The notes: a model not told the origin generated them from the sequence alone. A stretch of DNA of 64,000 nucleotides from Octopus sinensis (GCF_006345805.1 NC_043000.1:5766001-5830000), one strand, 5' to 3'; positions 12,731-23,983 are shown, counted from the stretch's first letter. Made by a program: numbers and translations.

Positions 12731-12910
12731 TATATTCAGTATATAACGTGTATACTTTGTTCTCTCTTCCCCCTTCGTTTGACAAAAATCTACATTTGAA
12801 TACGATATACATACATATACATACATATATACATATATATACATATATATATATATACAAACATACATACCCAATCAATGTCTGTTTCTGTATTCAATGC
12901 TGGTAAGATT

Positions 12911-12945
12911 TGCCTGACGGTCGCAGTGAAGCTCGAGTCGCACCA
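12911..12945 (+). ncRNA. Degenerate hammerhead, tandem unit 3
   Basis: tgc-CTGACGG-tcgcagt-GAAG-ctcgag-TC-gcacca: two core substitutions and a helix II deletion. Confidence 0.5.
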
Positions 12946-13139
12946 CACATTATGTCTATAACATGTATACTCTGCTCTCTCTCTTTCTCATTCGCTTGAC
13001 AAAAATCAACATTTGTATGCGACATACATACATACATACATACCGAACCAACGTCTGCTTCTACATTCAATGCTGGTAAAATGGCTTTGTTCAAATCATG
13101 TTTCTAGATAACAGAGCACATACAGGTTGCGTGGGAGTT

Positions 13140-13168
13140 CCTGGAGAAAAGCAGCAGCAGCAGCAGTA

Positions 13169-13203
<35 letters not shown>

Positions 13204-13270
13204 ACAGTAATAATAATAATAATGATGATGATGATGATGATGATGGTGGTGACGATGATGATGATGGTGG

Positions 13271-13303
<33 letters not shown>

Positions 13304-13968
13304 CGATCAACACGTTTGTTTTGTGTTATTATTAGCGAAATGTTAAGATTTCTTCTCGTCTTTTCTGCTTCTGGTTCCACGCGCACCGCTTCTTCTCGTT
13401 TCGCCTCTGTCACTCCTACTCTTTCTCTTTCCTCTTACTCAGACTTTTCCCTACAGCTGATGTTGTTGCTCAAGCTGTTTACTTGTGCTGCTGCTGCTGT
13501 TGTTCTTGCCCTTGCTCTAACTGTTGTAGTTACAGTCTTACTGTTGTTGTTGTTGATGATGTCGATGGTGATGATGATGGTGATGGTGGTGGTGATGATG
13601 ATGTTGATGATGATGATGATGACGATGATGATGATGACGATGATGATGTCGATGATGATGGTGATGGTGATGGTGATGATGATTATGGTGATGGTAATGA
13701 TGGTGATGATGGTGATGATGATGATGTTGATGGTGATGATGATGATGATGATGACGATGTTGATGGGGGAGGTTGCTGGCGGGATGGCGGCAGGCGGCGC
13801 TGGTGATGATGTTTATGATGATACAGCGATTGTTGCTGTTACTAAGTCGTTGTTACTGTAACTGCTGCGGCTGTTGTTGTTGTTGTTGTTGTTGTTGTTA
13901 CTGCTGTTGCTGTTCCCCTTATTATCAATTGTTGTCGCTATTACTGTTTTTCTAATGTAGCATATCAC

Positions 13969-14048
<80 letters not shown>

Positions 14049-14260
14049 ATTGCTGTTGTTGCTGTTGTTTCTAATATTTCAGTTCCCGCTGCTGACTGCT
14101 GCTGCTTCTGCTGCTGTTGCTGTTGGTGTCGTAGCTGCTGCTGCTGCTGCTGCTACTTCAGTTGCTGCTATTATTGTTGCTGTTCTTGCTTCTACTGCAA
14201 TTATTCTTTCTCCTCCTATTCCTTCTTTTTTCTTTTTCTTTTTCTTTTTCTTTTAATAAC
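13140..14260. repeat. Compound trinucleotide microsatellites (GCA, GTA, GAT, GGT, TTG)
   Basis: Seen directly; source of the poly-H/D/M/S ORFs. Confidence 0.95.
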
Positions 14261-14509
14261 TGATTTCCTCCCTTTCACTCTCTCTCTCTCTCTCTCTTCC
14301 TTTCTCTCTCTCTCTCTCTCTTCTTTCTGTCTCTCTCTCTCTCTCTTACCTCTCTTTCGATCACCACTACACATTCACCTCCCTTCTCTCTCTCTCTCTC
14401 TCAATATATATATATTGCTCTCTTTCTCTCTCTATCTTTCTCTCTCTCTCTCTCTCTATCTTTCTCTCTCTTTCTCTCTCTCTCTCTCTGACTTGCTACT
14501 TGTTGTTGA

Positions 14510-14746
14510 GTGACATGATACGTGGCCTTGAGTGGAGAACACAATACGAGTGACAAGGAGAGGAGTAACGAAGAAATAGTGAAGACCTGATTGGGAATGG
14601 CATGGTAGGAGCCAGATGCTAGGAGCAGAGGTCATCATAGTAGCGTAGAAAGGGCTGACAGGGAGGAGACACAGTATATAAGTAGGCCAGATGTTTGGAG
14701 TTGTTGCTTCATTATCTCACTTCCCTTCTCTCCTTCTGTCTTGCTG

Positions 14747-14784
<38 letters not shown>

Positions 14785-16990
14785 CACACACACACAGACA
14801 CACACCATCTCTCTGTCACTCTATACTTCATTCCCTCTCTGTTTCCCTCTCTCTCTGTCCCTATCTCTATCTATCTTTCTCTATATCTTTCACTCTGACT
14901 TTATACTTGTTGCTTTGACGACTTCCTTTCACAAAATACGAGGCCAGACTGTTTACCAAAACCTTATAATTTCCCTGCCTCCATCCGGTCCTTTGAATTC
15001 ATCCAGAACAGGGAGTGCGCTCGTGGTCATTGCAGGGCCTTCGAAACCGTTGAGATCGACGGCGTTATTTCTTGATATTCGATAGTTAAACATGAATGGC
15101 GACGGAATTTCAGAAGGCCAAGGTTCTTGAAAGGAATGGCTGTATGGAATGGTTTGCGTAAGCCCTGTAGAAAGTAGATATAATGTACAATATTTGTGAG
15201 GAGAAGAAGGAAGACGAAAGATGAAGCGGGACCGGCTCTTAAAAGTGAGAGAAATGGTTGTGTGAGGTGAAACGTGGCCTTGAGGAATTGAAAACAATAT
15301 GAGTTGTAAGTGGAGGAAAAAGGAAGAAATGGTGATTGACCGTCTGGAAGTGAGATGAAACGAACTGGGAAGCTGATGCCATCGTGCTAGCTCTAGAAAA
15401 GGCTGAGAGAGACAGAGAGACAGAGAGACAAAGACAGAGAGACAGAGAGTGACAGAGAGAGAGAAAGAGCAAGCGCAGTATATATTTGGATGCTTAGAGT
15501 GTGTTGGTGAATGATTTCATACTACCCAACCTGGTGGCCTGGGTTGTGTATGGAAGCGATATGAAATGGACTAGAAAGCTGGGGCCATCGTGGTGGCGCT
15601 AGAAAAGGATGAGAAAGAGTTAGTTAGTTAGTTAGTTAGTTAATTTGGCTCAAAAGCAAATAGCAAGGCCATGTAGGGGGACATGGAGTTAAGTACAGGG
15701 TGGTGTTCATGTAAAGAGTTCAGGCCACTTGAGGTCCAGGGAGGCTTTGAACGAAGCGGTCGTCGGCATCTTCACCATCTCGTCTGGCAGCTTGTTCCAC
15801 GGATCCGCAACCCGGACGGAGAAAGCTCCTCTCCTTCGATTGAGATGAAATCGTCGCAGGTAGAGCTTTTCGGATGACCCCGCAGCCGACGCTCCGGAGC
15901 AGGAGTGAAGAACAGCTCTTTCGAGAGGTTACACTTCCGCTTATGATGTTGTGGGCGAGAATGAGATCACACACGGCGGCGGCGTTTTTCAAGAGAATAA
16001 AGGTCGAGCGTCCTCAGCCTTTCTTCGTAGGACAAATTTTTTGAGACCATGAACCATACGGTAGCCAGCCTCTGGACTCTTTCGAGGTGCTGTATGTCTT
16101 TGAGGAGATAAGGAGAAGAGACTTGAATCCCATACTCCAATATGGGTCCACCAGCGTGACATAGAGTGGCAGGAATATGGCTGCTGTGAGCATTCCGAAT
16201 GACCGTCGAATCAAAAACAGAATTCCGCGTGCTTTGTTGGCAGCATGGACGCACTGGGCCGAAGGCGAAAAGGAGGAATCCACCAAGATACCCAGGTCCT
16301 TTACCTGATCGGTCCTCTCCAGCAGCAGACGACCCGGCTCGAAATCAAGTTGAGTTGCAGGAGTAGAGCCGACAGGCAGATGACAGCACTTTGACACGTT
16401 CAGACACAGGTCCCAATCGTTAGACCACTTCCAAATTTGGTGGAGGCATCGACGAAGATCCTCTATACTACCGCGAGGAGCGACCAGTTTGATATCGTCG
16501 GCAAACAGAAGGGTGTGTTGCGTGAGGTCGTCGGGCAAGTCATTTATGAAGACTAAGAACAACAAGGAGAGAGAGAGAAAGACAGAGAGAGGGAGGAGGA
16601 GAGAGAGACAGAGACAGAACAAGCATAGTATATATTTGGGCCAGATACGTGCTTGGAGTACATTGGCGAACGAATTTGCACTATCCATTCTGGTGCTCCT
16701 GAATGTGTATGGAAATGATATGCAACGGACTGGGAAGCTGGAACAATTGTGGTAGCGCTAGAAAAGGCTGAGAGGGAGAGGGGGGAGAAAGAAAGAAAGA
16801 AATAAAGAAAAAGAAAGAGCGAGAGAGTGACAGAAAGAGAGAGAGATAGATAGAACAAGTATAGTATATATTTGTGCCAGGTGCTTGGAGAGTGTTGAAC
16901 AGCGTCACAGTACCCACCCGGTGGGGGCGGGTGGGCTTGCATGTGTATGTGCAGCATCGTACCATCCCAGATGTGGAAGCTGCACTTCAA
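14510..16990. repeat. Diverged tandem ~150-250 bp units separated by GA microsatellites, interrupted by a LINE
   Basis: Core GCGCTAGAAAAGGCTGAG or variants at ~14642, 15389, 15596, 16755; AGTATATATTTG or variants at ~14675, 15478, 16628, 16863. Confidence 0.65.
15620..16562 (-). mobile_element. CR1-clade LINE, 5'-truncated (RT 3' half plus 3' UTR)
   Basis: LFLVFINDLPDD..LLFADDIKL..WSNDWDLCLNVSKC..VKDLGILVD..LEYGIQVSSPYLLKDIQHLERVQRLAT..LSYEERLRTLDLYSLEKRR..AFSVRVADPWNKLP; (TAAC)n tail at 15620-15640. Confidence 0.9.
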
Positions 16991-17241
16991 CGTGGGACTT
17001 ATCTGAAATTTGTTGAGTTAACAAGTGCTGTGGGATAAAGCATTTTTTCTTTTCTTCTTTTTTTTTTGTTAATCTAAAGGCCAATGTTTCTGGATGGAGT
17101 CTTCGCTTTGTTGACCATGCACAATCGTCACCAGAGATCCTCCTTACTTATGGTGTGGCCTAACATTTGCAACGATTTTGAGGGTTCTAGTTGCATACTG
17201 TTCAAATTCATTATTGTTGTTGTTGTTGCTGTTGTTGTTGT

Positions 17242-17797
17242 TGAGTGAGAGAGTAGGGCATGCCATAAAAGTGACATTGGAGTAAAATATACGAAGCCCA
17301 GTATACCCATCATGACTACCCGTCTGATAAGGGTACACAGGCACATGCATCAGAACCATACGTGCGCGACATAGTGGTCTCATATTAAGATAAACAGCAC
17401 ATGACCTTGCAGTTGGGTCCAGTTAGAATTTTCTTCAGGTCGAGTAGCCCATCCCGCTCAAAAAGTCCTTGAATAATGGTTGTTTGAGGATGTCGAACGA
17501 AATACCCATGTTTCTAAAGATGAATTATCCAAACCTCCAAGAATTCCTTTCAACACATGGCTATGATGCTCCCCCACTACTTCTGCTCATGATCAGAGAT
17601 GCACATATCGTCAGCCACTAGGGGACATGCTCAACTGGTTATGGTCAAACTACTGATAAGCAAATCTGTGGTATTGAGCAGAATATTTGCTGTAGCCCAT
17701 CTTTTATACCAAGACAAAACAATGTACACGATGACACTTCCAATCAGTTAAGATCACAAGCCATGAGAACCACTGCCTGGTATTGCATCAGGGCATT
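17242..17797 (-). mobile_element. ~555 bp non-coding element flanked by (TAA)n/(CAA)n, full length
   Basis: Same 5' start (TGCCCTGATGCA) and 3' end (CTCTCTCACTC-AAT/AAC) as the copy at 49433-49970; simple-repeat arrays on both sides. Confidence 0.85.
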
Positions 17798-17836
17798 TTA
17801 TTATTTTTATTAGTATTATTATTATTATTATTATTA

Positions 17837-17868
<32 letters not shown>

Positions 17869-19712
17869 GTTATTGTTATTATTATTATTATTATTATTGT
17901 TATTATTATTATTGTTATTATTATTATTATTGTTGTTGTTGTTGTTACAGACTCTGCAGAGGAATTGGAATTAGTTTTGTTATATTTAATGTTTTCATGT
18001 TTCTTTTTGCTCATTTTTCTGACAGATGGCTTTGGAATAATCCAGCACCTCCCACGCCTACCCTGCTGCCTTGAGGTAGAAAAAAATACAGTTTTTCTTC
18101 GAATTATTTCTGTTTTATATTTCGTAGGTATATTTCGCTTGCACGGATTTCAACTTGGCTTTGTTTTATGGAGGAACGGGAAGAGGTGTTCGTCACATGA
18201 ATATCAGCAAATACGCCGAACAATTATGAACACATTTAAAACATATTAACACATTTCAAAAAAATAAATAAATAAATTTATGGCAGACAAAAAGAAAGCA
18301 AAAATTCCGAACAAATAAATATAAAAAATATTACAAAATAAAACAATGAATTTGCTGAAATCTACAATATGCAGTTTTTGTTTGTTCTTTGTTTGTATTT
18401 TGTTGTTGTTTTCTAGTGTAGCGAGCTAAAAAGAATATTTTAGATACAAGTCGGTTCGAAGGAAAGAAGATGAAGGAAAAGCGTTACAAGAGATAGTACC
18501 TTCTTGCTCGAGCAACGTAAGAGCGCGCAAGAAGGGGAGTAATATACCTATGTATTGCTAAAAATGGAGGAGACTTTCACATACCCTCAGAAGAACAACT
18601 ACAGGGGACCCTTGTTGATGTGAGAAAAGATGAGATTTCTATCGAGCGTGGGAAAATATACGATGTGTCTTTGGTTCTCCACATCAAGGATGAAGCGAGG
18701 TGACATACCGGTTTCGCTCACCATACACCTGCTCATACGTACTCACCACTATACATGGGATAGAGCAATATAAAAATGACATTGATAATGACATTACCCA
18801 CTGGGTCATTGTGACCTTTGTATCGCAATATAGGCATATTTTGAGTGCAGAGATCACGTAAAGTAACATGTAGCTGGGCGAAGTCAGTATGAACTTCACG
18901 AGTTTCAAAGATCTCCGAAAACCTCAGATCCATTTCTGAGCTGTGTTCTGTCGTGAGCGTAAAATCAGAAGTAATGAGACTAGGCTAGATAGGCTAGAAA
19001 GACCAGCTATTGTAATTATGACAGTAAGATTCATTTCAGCATTTTGTGACCCGGCAGACCGGAGAGGCAAAGAGAGAGGGGGAGCGGCAGAAAGCTGTAG
19101 AACCTGCGACAAAACAGTGCTTCCTGGAGACAGCTCTTCCGACAATGCCGCCAGTTGTACCGCAGGATTTGCTCCGAAAACGGCCAAGGAAGTTTCCTCG
19201 TCCCAGAACATGAAATCCGTCACTTGGATGCCTTTCCCTCTACTATAGCTAATAGTGCAATCCCATCCTTTTGCGACAATGAGGATACTCTCCTTGGCTA
19301 TCAGGGAGAGCACAAGCTACAGAAAAAAGAAATCGGGCATCTCTTCGTGCGAAACTTCCATGACTTTCATTTAGTCTCAATTTTTTTCATATGTATCCTT
19401 TTTTTCTTTTCCAAATATCCTCAGTGATTTCTTGCTTTCATCTTCTTCATTGCCGTGCTGCAATATGGTGAAACTACTGCTCGGAGTCTTTAGTTGGCTC
19501 TGTGGTAGAAGAAAGAAAAAAATCCTCAGCATCTTGTACTATTTCCTCGATGCCTGATACTGACTGTATTGAGGAGGAGGCAATTCCGTTTGTCTCCAAC
19601 TCTGATCATCTGCTGCTACCCTCGTCCTTGCACAACAAGCCTGTTTTTTTCTTTTTTTGCTTTTGTTGGTGGTTTCTGCTCCTACAATGGGATTATAACT
19701 CTTGGGTAGATG

Positions 19713-19945
19713 AAGGCGGCAAGCTGGCAGAAACGTTAGCACGCCGGGCGAAATGCGTAGCCGTATTTCGTCTGTCGTTACGTTCCGAGTTCAAATTCCA
19801 TTGAGGTCGACTTGGCCTTTCATCCTTTCGGGGTCAATAAATTAAGTACCAGTTACGCATAGGGGTCGATGTAATCGACTTGATCCCTTTGTCTGTCCTT
19901 ATTTGTCCCCTCTGTGTCTAGCCCCTTGTGGGTAGCAAAGAAATA
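19713..19945 (+). mobile_element. SINE family B, full length with 17 bp target-site duplication
   Basis: TATAACTCTTGGGTAGA at 19694-19710 and 19946-19962. Confidence 0.92.
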
Positions 19946-20169
19946 TATAACTCTTGGGTAGACTTGTGGTCTTAGGGAGATATCATCACGTGGATGTTCA
20001 TGCAGACTTTGACTATATATTGCAAGTCATCACTTCATTTATCACCTCACCATACTTAGCTACAAAAGCCAACGACTCAAAGACCCCCATCAACATCAGT
20101 ATCTCCAACAGAAATACTTTTATTTACATTATTTACATTTGAGGAATATTTGTCCTCACCTTGTTTGTT

Positions 20170-20215
20170 AACACAACGTTTCGGCTGATATACCCTCCAG
20201 ACGTCATCAGGCGTC
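20170..20215 (-). ncRNA. Minimal type I hammerhead ribozyme (PLE-type)
   Basis: Minus: gacgc-CTGATGA-c gtctg gagggtatat cagcc-GAAA-CG-TT|gtgtt. Helix I 5 bp, helix II one mismatch, helix III only ACGT. Confidence 0.75.
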
Positions 20216-20334
20216 TTGGGGAAATTTCGAACCTGGGTTCTCATTATTAAGGTATTTTTCGATGATGTTGTTGTTGTTGTTGTTGTTGTTGTTATTATTA
20301 TTATTATCATTATTATTATTATTATTATTTTTTT

Positions 20335-20470
20335 TTTTCTTCTTTCAAATTTGCTTCCATTTCTTGCCGAGCGTCTTCCCGACTCCTAGGGCAAAGAAAC
20401 TCATAGTATACATTGGTAGGCCATTAAACCAAACTCAATAGTTCGTTCATTTTTTTTTAGGTTAAATTAA
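20335..20470 (-). mobile_element. Probable 3' UTR end of another R4/Dong-type element
   Basis: Minus: CCTAGGAGTCGGGAAGACGCTCGGCAAGAAATGGAAGCAAATTTGAAAGAA then A/TAA tail, flanked by TAA arrays. No coding remnant, so the family call is by resemblance. Confidence 0.45.
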
Positions 20471-20472
20471 AA

Positions 20473-20528
<56 letters not shown>

Positions 20529-20540
20529 TATTATTATTAT

Positions 20541-20948
20541 ATGTTTGACTTTTGCTTTATGTCTGTACAAGTTGGCTCCAAGTCTCACCCAGAGACCTCA
20601 AGAGACAACAGGTTGGAAGTTCACGTCGTTGTTATGCCTAGTGTGCCATATATTTGGTTGTTGTTTTTTTTTTTGTGTTGTACTAGTGAATGTCTAATAA
20701 ATAAATTTTTAAAAAAAACGTTTGTTTTAAACCTTGGGATTACATAGAGAGTATTTTGCGTAGGATATGAGCAGTTCCCATGAGCACTATCTTTTGAATT
20801 TCTGCCATTATGGGGTTTCCTGGTATCTGAGTTAGGTAGCAATCAGCCCCTTTCGCTATCATTCCCAGGGCACCTATGACAACAGGTATTGTTTTAGTCT
20901 TCAGGCTCCACATTTTGCTGATTTCTATTTCAAGATCTTTATATTTGC

Positions 20949-20949
<1 letters not shown>
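20541..20949 (-). mobile_element. R4/Dong-clade 3' end (RLE C-terminus plus 3' UTR)
   Basis: Minus: KYKDLEIEISKMWSLKTKTIPVVIGALGMIAKG..IQKIVLMGTAHILRKILSM*; UTR ends AAAGTCAAACAT(AAT)n; TAA arrays on both sides. Confidence 0.88.
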
Positions 20950-21014
<65 letters not shown>

Positions 21015-21079
21015 TCGCTACCTGGAATCGAACTCGGAATCTTGGGGTTAGTAGCCCGCTCTCTTAACCACTACGCCAT

Positions 21080-21109
21080 CGATTCCAGGCAGTGACCTGA
21101 ATAATAATA

Positions 21110-21157
<48 letters not shown>

Positions 21158-21325
21158 CAACAACAACAACAACATCAAAAAATACCTTAGGAATGAGAAC
21201 CCAGGTTCGAAATTTCCCCAAGACACCTGATGAAGGCAGGAGGGCATATCAGCCGAAACGTTGTGTTAACAACAAACAAGATGAGGACAAATATCCGTCA
21301 ATTGTAAATAATGTAAATAATGTAC
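21080..21325 (+). mobile_element. 5'-truncated plus-strand copy of the tRNA-hammerhead element
   Basis: Starts mid B box (CGATTCCAGGCAGTGACCTGA) directly at the 5' end of the minus copy, then (TAA/CAA)n and the hammerhead body. Confidence 0.85.
21222..21267 (+). ncRNA. Minimal type I hammerhead ribozyme (PLE-type)
   Basis: gacac-CTGATGA-a ggcag gagggcatat cagcc-GAAA-CG-TT|gtgtt; GUU triplet ending at 21262. Confidence 0.78.
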
Positions 21326-21655
21326 TTAATTCGTCTCTTAAATATAGAACAGTAGAAATACTTTTATTTCTTCTGCCAATAAGCTACGCCACGGCACCAA
21401 CCTGTGTGCAGGAGTTCGACGTTCGAGCCCCTTCTATATCTTCTCTCATCTTCAGTTTTAAATAACTGACGGGCTACTTCGATCGAGGTAGCGTACACTC
21501 TTCCACAAATCAGTCAGGGTTTCCCACAGCTTCCCTTTTGAGAACATATGGAAACCATCTGTATTTTCTTTATCTTTGCAAAACGAAAGGACTCGCTTTC
21601 TTAGACCAAATCTTTGGGTAAAGAGGTACTTTTTATCTCGAAATACTTACTATAA

Positions 21656-21810
21656 AGGTGTGGCTGTGTGATAAGAAGCTTGCTTCTCAACCATATGGTC
21701 CAGGGTTCAGTTCTACTGCGTGACACTTTAGATAAGTGTATTCTACTATAGCCCCGAGCCGACCAAAGCCTTGTCAGTGGATTTGGTAGACGGAAACTGA
21801 AAACAGCCTG

Positions 21811-21849
<39 letters not shown>

Positions 21850-22060
21850 GTGTGTGTGTGTGTGTGCCTGTGTGTCTTTAGTTCTGTGTTTGTCCCCCCT
21901 ACACCACTTGACAACCGGTTCTGATGTGTTTACGTCCCTGCAACTTAGTGGTTCGGCAAAAGACAGTGATAGAATAAGTATCAAGCTTAAGAAGAAATAA
22001 GTATTGGGGTCGATACGTTCGACTAAAAATTCTTCAATGACTGAAATAAGTGAAAGACAA
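21656..22060 (+). mobile_element. SINE family A
   Basis: GGTGTGGCTGTGTGATAAGAAGCTTGCTTCTCAACC head, internal (TG)n, 3' TGACTGAAATAAGTGAAAGA. Confidence 0.88.
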
Positions 22061-22642
22061 AAGATATATTTTTGCTGTTGCTCGGAGCAGACTCGTGTCT
22101 TCATCTCCCTTTGATGTGCGATGCTGGCAAAAGATGAGTTGCTGCTGATGGTGATGCTGCTTTTGTTTAGGTTGTCATTGTCTGCAACTCTATTTTTGTG
22201 CTTTGTAAATTGCATCTGTAAATGCTTGCTTGAAACTGCCTTTTTGTTTAGAAATCATATTATCGGTTTGTTTTTTAAAAGTCTGTCTTTTTATTTAGAA
22301 AAATTGTTGGGTACGTATACACCAATTTTCAATAATGAGGTTGCTACCACCAATATTCCTCGTACCTCCTAACTCTATCACAGGGGCCATTTTGAAATAG
22401 AAACACATATATAACGTAATTTACTCAATTCGAAACACAGTTAAAACATCGCTAGTGACGGACCCATTTTCTACCCCTGGTAATGAGATACAATCTCAAA
22501 TAATCCAAAAGCCGTTTTTTAGTAAAGCTGGAACAAAAAAGAATATGCTTTTTCATAGACTGAACCTGGTAAATATTACGTTTTTGCGAAGTCACTGACA
22601 GTGACGTCCGTTGGCTTCAACATTCAATAATAATAATAATAA

Positions 22643-22673
<31 letters not shown>

Positions 22674-22792
22674 AAGAAGAAGAAGAAGAAGAGAAGAAGA
22701 AGAAGAAAAAGAAGAAGAAGAAGAAGAAGAAGAAGAAGAAGAACACAACAACAACAACAACAACAACAACAATAATAATAACAATAATAATA

Positions 22793-23137
22793 GCCTGTGG
22801 AAGTTGGAATGAGACAGTGACACACATTGCAGCAAAATGCTCCAAGTTGGCAAAGGAAGAATATGAGAGATGGGGGCACGGCCAGATTGTAAAAGTTTTA
22901 CACTGGAAACTGTGCCAGAAATGGGGATTCGAAGCTGGACGCATAAGGTCGAAGGAGAAATGTAAGACTGTGTGGGACTTGCCAATTCAAATGGACAAGA
23001 AATTAGAAACAGCAGACCAGATATCACAACCAGTTGCTTACTTATTTATCGAGCCATCGTGCCCATTTGATTCCAGGGTCGTAAAGAAAGAGGAAGAAGA
23101 ACAGAGAAAATACAATCCACTAAAATTTGAAATAGGT
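22793..23137 (+). mobile_element. R4/Dong-clade CCHC/RLE fragment between microsatellites
   Basis: CGSWNETVTHIAAKCSKLAKEEYERWGH..VLHWKLCQKWG..VWDLPIQMDKKLE..RPDI..CPFDSRVVKKEEE..KYNPLKFEI; (GAA/CAA/TAA)n on the left, (GAT)n on the right. Confidence 0.8.
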
Positions 23138-23167
23138 GCTGATGATGATGATGATGATGACGACGAC

Positions 23168-23198
<31 letters not shown>

Positions 23199-23268
23199 AT
23201 GATCATGATGTTACTAATGATGATGATGATGATGATGATGACGATGATGATGACGACGACGACGATGA

Positions 23269-23302
<34 letters not shown>

Positions 23303-23913
23303 GGTGGTGGTGGTGGTGATGATGATGATGGTGATGATGATGATGGTGGTGGTGGTGATGATGGAGGTAGTGGTGGTGGTGGTGAGGAGGGTGGTGTGGT
23401 GATGATGGAGGTGGTGGTGGTGGTGGTGGTAGTGGTGGTGGTGGTGGTGGTGGTGGTGAGGAGGGTGGTGGTGGTGGTGGTGGTGGTGATGATTTCTCCT
23501 GTTGTCACAAAAGCAACAAATATTATATAATATAACTGCTGCACACGTATCCAAGATACGGAATTGTGCTCGGTTGAGCGATGAAAGCACGCAAATATAA
23601 AGAAGACTGCTGAGATGCTATTATCATTCTTATTATCATTGCTGTTGTTGTTGTTGTTGTTGTTAACAACAACGACGACGAAGGCAACAGCAACAACAAC
23701 AATAGCAATAACAACAACAACAACGGCCATAAGCAGAAATTATAGAAACAGCAACCGTAATCAGTACAGCTAGTGAACACACCAGTAACTAAAGGGAAGA
23801 CAGCATATAGCAGCAGCACCATCATCATCATCATCATCATTATCCTAACCATCACCATCAACATCGTCATCACCATCATCATCGTCATCATCATCATCGT
23901 CATCATCATCATC

Positions 23914-23983
<70 letters not shown>

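Larger units (their letters stand above)
12467..13079 (+). repeat. Tandem array of ~204-215 bp hammerhead-containing units (retrozyme/satellite-like)
   Basis: Cleavage-site spacing is 204 nt (12520-12724) and 215 nt (12724-12939). Each unit has a pyrimidine-rich block, TTGACAAAAATC and a variable (CATA)n. Three homologous minus-strand pseudo-ORFs confirm the periodicity. Confidence 0.9.
20121..21079 (-). mobile_element. tRNA-headed, hammerhead-bearing SINE-like element (minus copy) with insertions in its internal TAA linker
   Basis: Head 21011-21079 on minus: ATGGCGTAGTGGTTAAGAGAGCGGGCTACTAACCCCAAGATTCCGAGTTCGATTCC (A and B boxes). Body 20121-20262 is the reverse complement of 21175-21320. 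Confidence 0.8.

Noticed and set aside
12467-13079. CRISPR-like or coding interpretation of the tandem repeat
   Set aside because: Spacers are homologous rather than unique, there are no cas genes, the context is eukaryotic, and the minus-strand ORFs are microsatellite-driven.
13096-14256. Long ORFs with poly-H, poly-D, poly-M, poly-S
   Set aside because: Translations of trinucleotide microsatellites that are open in several frames on both strands. The same applies to 17754-18014, 22592-25093, 37156-38213, 39599-40338, 41183-41479, 47866-48608 and 49856-51710.
14741-15297. Overlapping 114 aa ORFs as a host exon
   Set aside because: No recognisable domain, they start in CT repeats, and no convincing splice signals were found.
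21011-21079. Functional tRNA gene (also the SINE heads at 10796, 35365, 61637)
   Set aside because: A and B boxes are present, but there is no complete acceptor stem and each continues into a repeat body, so these are SINE heads.
21410-21460. CTGAAGA..ctc-GAA-CG-TC on minus
   Set aside because: One core A is missing and there is no helix I.
22381-22480. hAT-like MITE (CAGGGG...CCCCTG)
   Set aside because: Only 6 bp of inverted match and no 8 bp TSD.
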